A stretch of 64,000 nucleotides of DNA. It comes from Naegleria gruberi. Taxonomy: Eukaryota. Under the pieces are notes generated by a model. The model had not been told where the DNA came from. It saw only the letters and a program-made list of their open reading frames with translations, and did no database searches. The stretch lies in the NCBI GenBank assembly GCA_000004985.1, contig GG738845.1. One strand, given 5' to 3'. The number at the start of each line of letters is the position of its first letter. The first letter of the stretch is position 1. Made by a program: the position numbers and the translations under genes. Of the stretch, positions 23,489 through 36,174 are shown one piece after another.

Positions 23489-24121
23489 CTAATTATCTTG
23501 CTGTGTCACTATCGATGTTCTATAATATTTATCTCTTTTGGAAAGAATAGCAGAGCATGCTGAACGTAATCTGTTAATTTCCATAGCTGTCAAACTTGTA
23601 AAAGAATAGCCCGGGAAGTAATCTTCTGCTTCAACATCTGCCAGACCTTTAGTCAGACCATCCGTCAGATTATCTCTTCTTTTATCTTCAATAGTTTTTA
23701 AGAGAGATGAAATTTCTTCTGGATTCTCTTCAAAATCATTTTTGGCACTTGATCACTTTGTGTTATTAATTCGAATTAATAAAAACATTACCTACATTTT
23801 CAATAAAAGATATCCTATTTCTAAAAAGTGATTTGGCATTGGATAAAATTGGTGACTAACAGATGACTTTACTGATGCCTCCTCTAGCCAGGAAACTTGA
23901 AGCCATTCGGGTATTATTATTTTACATTGATTCAATTTTTTGAGATGAATAGCTGCCCACAAAGGAATTGTAATTTCTTGATTGGCAAGAGCAGGTCCTA
24001 TTGAACAGGTTATTAACTTGATGTGTGGAAGGTTTTTTGTTGGTCGGATTGTTATCATGGTTTCCTCTGCCAAGTACTCCAACTCTTCGTTAGATATTAG
24101 GTTCTCCCTATGTCTAAACAT
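23489..24121 (-). CDS. GINS2: GINS complex subunit Psf2. Two exons (23796..24121 and 23489..23747) with a 48-nt intron at 23748..23795.
   Basis: Exon 1 ...EYLAEETMITIRP...EITIPLWAAIHLKKLNQCKIIIPEWL... matches the GINS2 N-terminal domain. After the GTAGGT...caag intron, exon 2 continues IAKNDFEE...SFTSLTAMEINRLRSA..., matching the GINS2 C-terminal LTLMEIN region. Confidence 0.75.
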
Positions 24122-24188
24122 TTTTTAAAAAAGTTGGCGGGAATGTTTGAAATTAAAAATAATTTAAAACTCCATTCAATCAAAAAAA

Positions 24189-27100
24189 ATGCAAAAACTT
24201 TCATCGCAAAAATCTCTTAAGAGTTTACTTTACGGAAAAAAGTCTGTCAATCTAAAGATTAATTTACCTTCACAATTCAGGAATTATAGTTTTAAAAAAA
24301 CAAATTCCGATTATTCAATTTTGAAGGAAGGCGATAATATTCATGGTTGGGTCCTAACTTCAATAGAAAATTTGAAAGATTTTGACTTGGTTGCCTATCG
24401 TTTAAAACATTCACAAACTGGAGCTGAATACTTGCATCTTGACGCTCCTTTTGATATGAATAATTCATTTGCAATTAATTTTGAAACACCTCCAACTGAT
24501 GATACCGGTATGCCACACATTCTTGAACATACAACTCTTTGTGGCAGTGAAAAATATCCAGTTCGTGACTTGTTCTTTAACATGATGAAGAGAAGTTTAA
24601 ACACTTATATGAATGCCTACACAGCAAGCGATCATACCACATATCCTTTCAGTACTCAAAATGAAAAAGATTTTTATAATTTGATGTCTGTGTATTTGGA
24701 TTCTACTTTAAATCCTAGGATTTTAGAAACAGATTTCAAACAAGAGGGACATAGACTAGAGTTTGAAGATCCTCTCGACTTGAATTCAAATTTACAAATC
24801 AAAGGAGTTGTTTATAATGAAATGAAGGGAGCCATGAGTGATAGTAATCAATTCTTTGCTTATAATTTACAAAAATCAATTCTTCCAAATACTGTTTATG
24901 CTTTTAACAGTGGAGGTGACCCATCAGCCATACCAAATTTGACTTACAATCAATTGAAACAATTCCACCAACAAAATTACCATCCTAGCAGGGCAAAAAT
25001 TTTTACTTATGGATCTTTTTCATTTATTAATCATATCAATTTTTTAAATGAAAATGCCTTTTCAAAATTTTCTGAATTACCAGTAAGAAATTCTTCAAGC
25101 AAAGTTGAAAAATTTACAGAACCTAAACAAGTAGAAGTGTTTGGGCCACCAGATTCCATGGTTATTGATGAGGAAAAGCAAACTAAAGTCTCTGTTTCTT
25201 ACTTGATGAATGACAACTCTGATGATTTTGAAACCTTTTCCCTTTCTTTTCTATCCGCCCTATTGATGGACGAGCCAAGGGGTGTTTTTTACAAGAATTT
25301 AATTGCTTCAGGATTGGCTCCAGATTTTTCTCCTTATTGTGGTTTTGACTCTTCAATGAGCACTCCAATATTTTCTATTGGAGCTCAAGGTGTTGCAAAG
25401 AAAGACGTAGAAAGTATTGAGCAGGCAATAAGAGCAACATTTGAAGAAGTAGTTCATAATGGAATTGATCAGGGTCTCATAGATACAGTTTTACATAACG
25501 TGGAATTATCAATCAAGAAAAAGTCAACCAATTTTGGTGTAAACATTTGTTATCCAGTATTCTCCAACTGGATTCACAACAATGACCCAACAGGTACTTT
25601 TAAAATTAATAGTCAAATTGAAAGATTGAGAGGTGAACTTGAAAATCCAAACTTTTTCAAAGAGAAAATCAAAAAATATTTTATTGAAAATCCGCACCGT
25701 GTTACATTTGTAATGCATCCAGATCCTAAATATTTCGAGAACCAAGAGAAGAATGAAAATGAAAGAATTGAAAAAATATCCAATTCACTAACTGAATCTG
25801 AAAAAATCAAGCTTATTGAGCAATACAAGGAAATGGAGAAGGCAAAAGAATCACAGGAAAAAAATGTTGAACTATTACCTACTGTCACAATCAGTGATCT
25901 GTCCAGACAAATCATGGATCCCCAAAATGTTCAGTCTCTTCCAGGATCTCCAGAATTCCACCTTAATGTAGTCAAGGGAACTAATGGTATTGTACAAGTA
26001 ACATCCATAGTTCCAATATCATTAGCAGAAATTCCAGATCATTTACAAAAATTTGTTCCAATATTTGGTAATGTAGGTATTTTATCAAGTATTTAACTAA
26101 TTTTTATTTCTTCTTATGTAAAGTTACTTGTAAGAGTTGGTACATCACAAATGGATTATCTCCAATTGGCCCACCAAATAGAATTGCATACCGGTGGCAT
26201 TGATGCTAGCCCTTTAATCATTCCAAGTTTAGAAAAGCTGAATGACTTTTCTTTTGCCCTTAAATTCTCTTCATACTGTTTGGAAAGAAATGTAGAAAAA
26301 ATGATTGAGCTCATGAGAGAAATTTACACAAATACCAACTTTTTTGGAAATTTAAATTATTTACAATCTTGTATTGATCAATCAGCAAGTGATGCAGCAA
26401 GCGGAATACTTCAAAGTGGTCACCACTACGCCAAGCTCCATGCTTCATCCTCTCTTTCATTTTATGACTATTTAGTAAATAGTACCAGTGGTATTGGTGC
26501 TATGAAGTTTATTAAGGAACTCTCATCAAATGCTGATACTGAGTTAATCGCCACCTCACTTCAAGAATTGGCTCCTTACCTTCTCAGAAAGGATAAAATG
26601 AAATTCCTCATCACATGTGAGGAGCATCAGGCAACTAGAGTTATGAATGTAGTGAAGGAGCAATTCTATGAATCAATTCACAATAACTCTGTATCAAGTT
26701 TGGAAAAGATGAAGGCCCAATTAGACTTTAAGCCTAATTTTGTCAATACCTATCTTTCTATTCCTTCTTCGGTTAGCTTTGTTGGTAGAGCTTTAGCCAC
26801 AGCACCATTTGCTACAAAGGATTCGGCTCTCTTGAGGGTAGTTTCAACAGTATTGCATTCTAATTACTTGCATCAAGAGGTTAGAGAACGTGGTGGCGCT
26901 TATGGATCCAATGCCTCACAAAGTATGAATGGAGTTTTCACGTTTACCTCATATAGAGATCCAAATCCAAGCAGAAGTATTGCTATTATGGCTAATGCCT
27001 CTGATTGGATCCAAAAGCTTGGTTCAGTAACTAGCAAAACTGTTCAGGAAGCAAAACTTCAAGTTTTCCAACAATTAGATGCTCCTGTCACTCCACACGT

Positions 27101-27329
27101 TCATGCCCAAAGCAAGGTTATATATGGTATTAACGATGATTTGCGTCAGTTCAGAAGAAACGTTGTTCTAGATGCCACAAGGGAAGATCTTATTGATACT
27201 TGTGTTAGATATCTAGGAGGAGAAAATGACAAATCTTCCTCCAATACAATTATTGGAGGCAGTATTGAGAAGGACATTGACCAAAACGAAATGTCAAAAT
27301 GGGTATTAGTTAAAGATGAACTTAATTGA
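24189..27329 (+). CDS. PITRM1: Mitochondrial presequence protease (M16C peptidase; PreP/PITRM1/Cym1). Two exons with a 51-nt intron at 26073..26123.
   Basis: HILEHTTLCGSEKYPVRDLFFNMMKRSLNTYMNAYTASDHTTYPFSTQNEKDFYNLMSVYLDSTLNP is the inverted zinc-binding M16 region. The splice joins ...FVPIFGN|LLVRVGTSQMDYLQLAHQIELHTGG, in register with human ...LFCSVLTKLGCGLLDYREQAQQIELKTGG. Confidence 0.85.
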
Positions 27330-27526
27330 ATTAAAATAAAAATGAACATTTTACATCCATTTCATTTTCCAGCCATTAAAATGCATGTAGTTCAAAATAT
27401 TTTCATTTATTTCCTTGTGTATTATTTTTCTATTTTCAGTTAGAAAGGTGTTAGATTTGTGTGTTTTTGGAAACCTTTTTTGAAATGTGCACTTTCTGCA
27501 ACACGAAACCAATTCAAATAAAAAAT

Positions 27527-28578
27527 ATGAAAAGATCAAGCACAATACCAAAACCAAGTAATACAGGTAGTGACAAAATCAATGATGAATTTATTCTTTC
27601 AATTGTTGGTATGTAATTTCCAATCACTTTATTGATGAACTTTAATCACTGTGAAGGAGATGGAGCAGTTGGAAAGAGTTCTCTCTCCACAAGATTTATG
27701 CAAGGTACTTTCGATAAGCAACAAATTTATGATCCTACCATTGAGGATGCTTATTACATAAAAAGAAATGTAGATGGAAAACCAACCCATCTGGAATTGA
27801 TAGATAGTGCAGGACAAGAAGGTTTGTACTTTTAAAACTCATTTCCAAACTCTTTTTTTAAAGAGTAAGTTTATTCTTTTGATTCCCTCACCATTATAGA
27901 TACAAAGCCTTGAGGTCAACTTTTATGAGAAGATCATTCGGGTTTATTTTTGTTTTTGATGTTACAAATGGAGAAACCCTAAAAGCATTGAAGGAGTACT
28001 ATGACCAAATAATAAGAATTAAAACTGGTGATGAAGAATACATTCCTGATTCCAATATTCTCCAAAGGCCCCCATTTCCTTGTATATTTTTAGGAAACAA
28101 GATAGACCTTTTACTAAAGAACCCACAAATTGCAAAATGGAAAGAGAAAATTCAAACATCCCAACAAGAAGAAAAAAGGGATAAGAAGCTCCTTAGAAAG
28201 CTTGACAAGGAAGTTAGATCCTTCATAGAAAGAGAAATTATTGGAATTCAGACAGGAGAAAAGAATACATTCCATCTGCCTCTTTACTGGACATCAGCCA
28301 AAGAGAATATTAATGTAGTTGAAGGGTTTGAAGGAATAGTAAGAGAAATGAGAACAATGTCAATCCCTATAGCAAAACAAAAAAGAATGAACAACACACC
28401 AAAAACTCTCTCTAATCAATCAAGTTCAACTGAAAGAAGACGATGGTCAAGTTTTAGCTCTTCAAAAAAGTCCACTCCTAATCATTCCATTGAAAAGCCA
28501 TCATCATATCCAAGCAGAAGGGGAAGTTTCTTATTTTCCTCATTTAATTGTGATAATGATATGGAAGACTTAGTATGA
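27527..28578 (+). CDS. Ras-family small GTPase with a long Ser-rich C-terminal tail and no CAAX box. Three exons, with introns at 27609..27656 (48 nt) and approximately 27826..27899 (74 nt).
   Basis: MKRSSTIPKPSNTGSDKINDEFILSIV|GDGAVGKSSLSTRFMQGTF...YDPTIEDAYYIKRNVDGKPTHLELIDSAGQEGL|YKALRSTFMRRSFGFIFVFDVTNGETL...FLGNKIDLL carries G1-G4. For the second intron, only the GTACTT donor combined with the tatag acceptor keeps the conserved Y-x-A-[LM]-R register. Confidence 0.65.
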
Positions 28579-28645
28579 GTAGTAACATTTCAATTCTTAA
28601 TAAACCTTAACTGTAGTGCATATACTCATTACATTTTTAAAAAAA

Positions 28646-31496
28646 ATGCCTAACTCTAGATCTTCATCAATTTCCAACCGTAACATTATGGAGGATGTTG
28701 AAAGTGCTCTGGATGATCTTGAATACTTTGATCCCATTCTCTCACCATTGGAGGAGGAGAAGATGTGTATGGACAATATTTGTCAATGCCTTAATGACTG
28801 CTTCTTTATGATAAAACAATATACTGAAGGAGAAGAGTCATTTAATGTAATTTTAGTGGACCAATCTTTGGAGTGCTTCCAGCTCGCAAGTAAGTACAAA
28901 ATATGTTCATGAATTAATAACTTGCTAAGTTTCTCTTCTTGGAGCCGATACATCCCCAGAGAGAATTTCGGAAATTGGATTAAAAGGAAATAATAATATT
29001 CCCTCCTTTCTTTCCATGATAATTAAATTCATCTCTCTTGATTTAACAACAATAGAAGTGGAACCTTCATCCAATTATTCCCAGCATCAAATTGTAAAAA
29101 TATTTATTAACTTGAAGATTTATGCTCTCAAGTGTTTGGCCAAGTTGATTTCAGTTTGTTCCTTAGAGACAACTGAAGATTCTTACAAAGAACTTTCTAA
29201 AAATTGTGCAGAGCTATTTGTAAAAGATGAAGGTCTGAATGCTCTTTTTGAATGTCTTGTCATTGACGACAAGTATGACACAAGCGATCAATCAGATGAA
29301 AAGATGAGGTTAATCATTGTGGAAACTTTGTTCTTTTTTGTTTGTAGAAATGAAATTGCAAGATTAGCAGTGGTTTTTCAACAAGGTCTTTTACTAATTA
29401 TGGAACTTATGACAGTAGAACCTAATTCCACCATAAGAAGCTATTATTGTGCCATTTTGAGAGAATTTTGCATCACCTACCCAGAAGATTTGGTAAAAGA
29501 AAATTGTATTGAAAACTCAGTTTCTTACCTTGCAGCAGACCCTTGTGATGATGTGCGGGCTTTGAGTGCTGAAATAGTGGAAATGTTAATCAAAACAGAT
29601 TCAACTAATCTAGAGAGAATTGACTTGATTGAAATTGCTAAATTGTTAAATTCTGTGTTGAACAATGACACCTCTGCAGTTGTAGAATCTTGTTGTAAGC
29701 TTTGTGAAACACTTTTTAAAGAAGACACCCACAAGATCATTCATTCTGAATTTATTAAGAACAGTTATTGGGTATCATTGGTGAGAGTAATGAAAAACCA
29801 CGATTTCAAAACAGCCTCTTGTGCCATTAGAGCTATTCGGTACTTAGCCCAGTTTTCTGAAAGAGACGATTTAGCACAAAAATGTTTGCTGAAGTTTGAT
29901 GCAATTTCAACCCTTCTCAAGTTCTTGTTAGATACAACCTTTGATAAGAGAACCAACATAGAAGAAAAAAGGAGTAAGTTTAAAAAAGAGAGAACACAGA
30001 AACATCAACCTGTTGCAGTGGATGAGGCTTGTGAAGTTTTGAAAACAACTATCAAATTGGAATCAGCATTTCTTTTTTCTATGCTATTTTATAGATCTCC
30101 AAGATTGAAACAAAAGGTTAAGGATGATCTGAAGGTGTTTCCAAATTGGATTATGGCTCTTCGAAGAAAACTCGTACAAGCTGTAGCTCAAAGCGAAATT
30201 TCATATTTTGAAAATGTTGAAATAACAAATGAGTTGGGATGGAATATGGCAAATTTTGTTATTGAAAAAGAAACAGTTTACGACGAAAAAACAGTTGTTG
30301 AGTATATTTTAACAGAACCAAAACCTCCAACAGAGGAATCTGGATATCAAGAATTTGATGGACGAATTAAGCAATTCTTGATCAAAAGTTGTCTTTCGCA
30401 AACGTTTGAACAACCAGAATCCCAAGAGGTGCTAAATTCGGTTCAAACTGAATCCCCCAGAAGAATAGATCCCCAATCCCCAGTTGCAACAAAAAGAGTG
30501 GAAGTAATCAGGAAAACAAAATTGCCAGAAATTCCTTCTCCTAGAAAACAAGCAATAATTTCCACCCATTCGCCAAGCATTCCCTCCCCAATTTCTGTTA
30601 TTCAAACACCTGAAAGGGAAACAGCAAAATTCAATGTAATTCAATGGAAGGCTCCTGTTTCACTTCTCTCTCCTCAAGACGGAGAAGAATTTACTCCTGG
30701 TTATTTTGGTCAGCCAATGAATAACATTCCAAAGGGGGATAAAGTTGAGAAACGAACAGAGAAAGTTTCCAGGAATCTTTTTTCAAGTCCAATGAAAAAC
30801 ATTCCAACCTATGAAGAGGTGGACTTTAATCGCCTCATTTGTATTTGCAAGGCATACTCAATGTGGTATGAGAGTACAGAGATGAGGTATTCACGAGAGG
30901 AAGAGCAAGACAGATTTATCACAACCTTCCAATTAGCGAAACTAGGAAAACAATCTCCAATGTATAGTCCACTTAACTCTCCCAAAGATCCAAGGGCAGT
31001 CAAAGGAACACACTTGTTTTATCAAAAGATACCTTACCATTTCAAACACTCTCCTCAAAAATTGACAAAAGTTTGGAATGATGAGCATGTCAGAGCATCG
31101 GATGTATTTCAATTCCATGTTTTATTCGAACAACTTGATGAGAGAACTCTTTTACAAACAATTGAAAATTTAAAGAAACATTTAAAGGTAATCTCGAGGG
31201 ACTTTGTAGTAACTCCTAAAGAACACAACGCACGTGGAAGAAAAGTATTCCTATTAGATTTGAAGCAAAATATATTACCAAAATTGGAACAATCATTTTT
31301 GGATTTGTTGAAAAGGGGAAAAGAATTCGGGTTTAATAGAATACTTGAAATTATTAATTCTTGGAAAGAAGCAAAAGTCAGAGTCGATCTGGCATTAACT
31401 CATGAAAACATGTTAGAAGTATTAGAGTGTGTAAAAATTGAACTTGCTAAAGAACAATTAGAAAAAATCAAACTTGACAAGTCAGAAAGTAAATAA
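28646..31496 (+). CDS. Hypothetical ~935-aa protein, possibly an armadillo/HEAT-like repeat protein. Two exons with a 40-nt intron at 28890..28929.
   Basis: Exon 1 (ATG 28646) runs ...ECFQLA, followed by GTAAGT. The acceptor cttgctaag joins in frame to ISLLGADTSPERISEIG...MIIKFISLD... (826-codon ORF). No confident domain assignment. Confidence 0.45.
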
Positions 31497-31509
31497 ATAT
31501 TAAAATGAT

Positions 31510-34266
31510 TTATTCTTCGTCTGAATCCTTTTCCCACCTAGCATTGTATCGTTTTCTACTCTCTTCCTTTTCCTTGTCTGTAGCCTCTCTAGCCTCTTGT
31601 CTCTTTTGTTTGACTGTTTCATAGTCATCCTTCAATCTATCTTTCAACTTTTGGTATCTTTGCTCCTTGGCTGATTCAATCTTGGAAGCTTGTTTTACAT
31701 CTAGTAAAGGATCATTTGGTGTCTTGGTTGATTTGATTTGCATGGTTTCATAATCCAAAGCCTTAGCAATTTGACCACTTTGCAAGTTAACACGAGGAGC
31801 AATTTGAGTCTTATGTCCCTTAAGGGTGTTCCATTCCATACCTAGAGGATGTGCAAAAGCACCATCTATGACGGCAGCTTCCACTTGATTATGTACTGGA
31901 ATAAGGAATTTGTCAGGGATTTTGGCTGTTTCTCTAATGATGACATGATTTAAATTAGAATCTGAACGTTCATCAATTTTTTGCTCTCTAATCTTCTTTT
32001 GAAGTCTTCCTATTTGTCTCTTCTTCTTTTCCAAATCTCTCTTTACTTGTTCTTCTTTACCAAAACCAGCCCAAGATCCCCAACCTGGTTTAAATGTTGT
32101 TGACAAGTCTGGCATATCAATTTCTTCGTCAATAGCTCTATCTTTTTCCTCTGCAAATTGTAATTCTAAATCATCCCCAGCAAAAGCTTCTTGCTTCACC
32201 TTCTTCTCAAATTCCATTTGTTCTCTATTCTTTTTACTGGTGCTAACTACTGCCTCACTTTCTTCTTGTTCATTATTATTTGAAGAATCAATGCCAATCT
32301 TGGTATCATCAGTGTCAATAAGAATCTTGGTAGCAATGTCCTTATTCAATTTCTTCTTTTTCTTATTCACAGTATCTGTAATATCATCACTATCTCTGCT
32401 CTTTGTTTTTCCTGCTTTGTTGAGCCATGGATTTTCCTTTACAGATGTCCTTTTTCTCTTCATGGAAATACTTGTTGTTGCTACTTCCTCACTGTTTTGG
32501 AGTGGTGTTTGCCCAAAAGTCTTGCTTTCAATTTTAGTTGTGTTCAGTACTGTTGTTTGAGGAACATTATTGGATGCTACGCTTGTTTGATTACTTGATA
32601 CCTTGAGAGTGGATTTTGGAATAACAAAAGAATTCTTTTCAAATTTAGATTCAATAGAGTTATCCTCTTCACCAGAACTGGAATCATTTTCTTGTTTTTT
32701 AGACCCTTTTGAAGTTTTTGAGAATTGCATTCTTCCAGAAGCCTCTTCACTATCAGTTACATTTTTTCCTAAATGAATTTCTACATCTCTTTCCATTTGA
32801 TTAACAAGATCCATTTGCTCTAACTTCTTTTTATCCTCTGCTTTCTTCATAAACTTCATGCCAAATAAACCCTTGGCTTCTTTGTTTTCTTCTCCAGCAA
32901 TGGTTTGTCTCATCATTTCAAAGGGATTAGATTCTCTTTCTTTTTTGAAAATTTCTTCAATAACTTCTTCCTCTTCGTCACTTTGATTTTCCTCTTTTTT
33001 CGTCTGTTTTTTGATAAGTTCTGTATGAATTTGAAGTTGATCAGCAACAGACTGTCTGAGGTCATCATTGTGAGACTGATGTTTCATGGCATGTCTAACC
33101 CATTTGGATGTATTCTTGTGTCTCATAGTCAATCTTTCAGTAATCATTTCTCTTTCTCGTTTCATTATTTTTTGTTTGAGTTCTTCTTCGTCCATGTTTT
33201 TCATTTCCTCTTCTTCTATTAATTCCTTTTGTTTTTCCTTTTGCTTTTTAAGAATTCTTCTATAAGTCTTACTCTTTATGTTTTTTAGCCATTTATTCTT
33301 TCTGGCCAACTTTTCCATTTCTCTTCTCTTATTCAAAACTTCCTTATGTCTTGCCATAAGTGCTTCTTTATCCATGTTTGATAGTTGTTTTTTAGTGGCT
33401 TCAAACGATTTCAACATTTCCACTTCGTTTGTGTCATCAAATACGCCACTACCTTTTATACCTTTTTCTAAAATCTTTTCTTTTTCTGTCTTGTCTCTAA
33501 GATGCTTGTAAATTATTGGCACATGTCTTGCATTTTCCACATTCTCAACAACAGTATGCCATTTTTCCATTCCTTCATCTACAATGTCAAAAGCTGCTCT
33601 TCTTTCTTCTCCTTGAATTTCTGTATCCTCAAGTGCATAGAATAATCCAGCTCCTTTTTTGAATTGCTTGTCAATTTTCTTCAATTCTTCAATGTTTTGT
33701 AACTCTTTTTGAGTTTTGTCTGCACTAACTCTTGTGTCATCGGAGTGTTTAGTAGTGGCAGAAATCAAATCAGAAAGCTGAATATCTTCGTCTTCACTTT
33801 CGTCATCATGAATGTGTGTAGCTTTCTTTATAAGTTTTTGTACATTTAATGAATCATTCTCGTCTTCATCCGATGAAGATTCTTCATCACTTGACATTTG
33901 TACTTGATTTCCAGAAAGTAGTGACTTCATTGTTTCTTCCTCTTCTCCATCGTTTGGAAAAAAGCCAGATACTTTTTGCTTCTTTGCTAACGATTTAGAA
34001 AGAGCATTATATTCATTTTCATCCTCATCCGATGAAGAAGTATCAAACTCGGAATACTTTTCAAATAACTATTAATGTTTTAAATTAAATAAACATACAT
34101 GTTTTCTAGATTCATTTCTATCTAAAACACTTTCGTTTGGTATTTCTTCCTCTGATTCCTCGTTATATTCAACTTCGTCAATCATTTCCTTGTCAGAATC
34201 ACTAGAATACTCTTGCTCTTCCTCTCTGATTTGTTCAATAAGTTTTTGCTGTTGTTTGTTCTTCAT
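31510..34266 (-). CDS. UTP14: U3 snoRNP protein UTP14. Two exons with a 30-nt intron at 34069..34098.
   Basis: Acidic Ser-rich N-terminus, basic coiled middle, then ...KPGWGSWAGFGKEE... near the C-terminus, as in Utp14. Exon 1 (ATG 34264-34266, MKNKQQQ...NESRKH) is followed by a GTATGT...aatag intron of 30 nt containing in-frame TAA and TAG. Exon 2 resumes LFEKYSEFDTSSSDEDENEY...MKSLLSG.... Confidence 0.7.
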
Positions 34267-34519
34267 TTTTTTTGTACCAACCCTATCAAACAATCCTTTG
34301 ATGAGAAATATTAACAGTTTTATTATTTGCAATTTTTGTTCGCCAACTACTAGTTAAGTAAATCATTGAATACATAATAATTAGTATGTATTTCTAATGC
34401 TGTTTTATTTACATTATTTATCATGAATGCTCACAACATTTAATTCAACGATACGTCATCAACACTTTAAAAAAACAACAGGACACGTCGTTTTTGCTAT
34501 CAAAGCATTGCAACACAAT

Positions 34520-36171
34520 ATGGGAAATGTACTCTCTATGATTGGGTTTCAAAATAAAACTCATAATTTTCAAGAGGAATTACAACGATATGATAAAGAG
34601 ATTCGATATTATCATACTAGACAACGTAAATTTAATGTTAGAGCAAACTCTTTTCCGAACCGAATTTCCCAATTAATCATATTTATTGGAGTATTAGTTT
34701 GTACATCAGTGTACATGCTAATACCTCCTCCAGTTGCGTATTATGCAATTGTTGGGATTGGATTTTTATTTATAATAACGTAAGTAATTTCATCTTGTGT
34801 TGATAGAGTGATTGTTGGATATAAATCATGTGAATATTTAGAACTTGGATAATCAAGAAAGTGCTAGTAAGATACTATGATAATACTGTTTCATCGTATA
34901 ACTATGACATTGAGCAATTACTTTTAAAACAAAAGGAAATACTTGAAGATTTGAAACAACAAAACGATTACTATGCCACCCATGACCTTATCCAAAAATA
35001 TGAGAGAGCAATTCAAGTATTACAGAGACATGTAACAAGAAAAAGGAAAAAGTTGCAAATCTTTAAAAATTTGAAAAAGAGAAAGGATTTTAAATCATTG
35101 GAAGAGGAGTACGAGGATGATATGGAAACAACTGAAATTTTACTTTCTAATTATCCTTATTTTTCATATGAAGTATATAGAAAATATGCCACTAGGAACA
35201 CACTGCTTGATTCAGAAAATTCTAGTCAACCCGAACAAGACAAAACAGAAAAAACAATGACAACAATTACAACTCAAACAGATTCATCGCTGGGAATAGA
35301 AACACACTCACAACAACTGCAAACCCAGCAAATACTAGAGCAAAGTATGAACAAACTCTATTCTATGGTTTCTGCCATAAACGAGAACCAAAAACGAGTT
35401 CAAAAAATTCAATCTCTTCAAACTGTAGCAGAAAATGCTAGCCCTTTATTCAAATCTCATTCATTCCGTATTCCAAAAGAAAAAACTTCTGTTTCAGTAG
35501 GAACAATAGAGGAAGACAGCGATACTAGAAAGCGAGCAAACAGTCTTTCTTCTCAAGAAAAAGCTGAAAGCAACCAAGAAACTAATCAAGGTACTGAAGA
35601 AAGGCTGGAAGTTTCAAAGATATCTGAACTAGATGATCAATTGCTTAAGTTAAAACAGAGAGAACAACTGTTAAAAGAGAGAGAGGCCAAATTAATATTT
35701 AGAGAGTTGAATTTTGAAAAACAACTAAATGCCCTGGCTTTACAAAAACAAAATGCTATCTCTCCAAACGCTTTATACTCACCAGAGTTGACTGGTAAAT
35801 ATAGAATAAGTATCGATAAGAATAATAATGGCTTTGTTGAAAACTCAAAGACATGTAAACCTAACTGGTTTGACAGGTTGATGGACAGAGTGGTTGGTCA
35901 ATCACCAGAAAATTGTTATGCCCTTATATGCTCTAGGTGTTGTTCTCACAACGGATTAATGATGATGGATGATGCAGAAAACCATTCTGGATATAAGTGT
36001 TGGAACTGTAATTATCTCAATATCAAATCATCTTCTGTTTCAGATAGTGCAAGTGTAGTATCAGAAGTGACTGATGTACTATATATGGAAGAACATGATG
36101 AGGAAACCAACGAAACCAATGAAAATGAAGAAAAACAAGAAGCTGAAGAAAATACAGAGGTAGAGGATTAA
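34520..36171 (+). CDS. LNPK: Lunapark (ER junction protein; N-myristoylation motif, TM hairpins, coiled coil, Zn finger). Two exons with a 62-nt intron at 34780..34841.
   Basis: MGNVLSMIGF... is followed by two hydrophobic segments. The intron has a GTAAGT donor and an atttag acceptor. The C-terminal FDRLMDRVVGQSPENCYALICSRCCSHNGLMMMDDAENHSGYKCWNCNYLN matches the Lunapark zinc finger (human LDRIVEYLVGDGPQNRYALICQQCFSHNG...RCAYCFFLN). Confidence 0.8.
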
Positions 36172-36174
36172 ACT

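Noticed and set aside
34267-34332. Longer N-terminus for UTP14 (MQIIKLLIFLIKGLFDRVGTKK...) as given by the ORF track
   Set aside because: The M at 34332 is a TTG codon and the 22 residues are hydrophobic nonsense. The first real ATG (34266, MKNKQQQ) sits in a good A-rich context.
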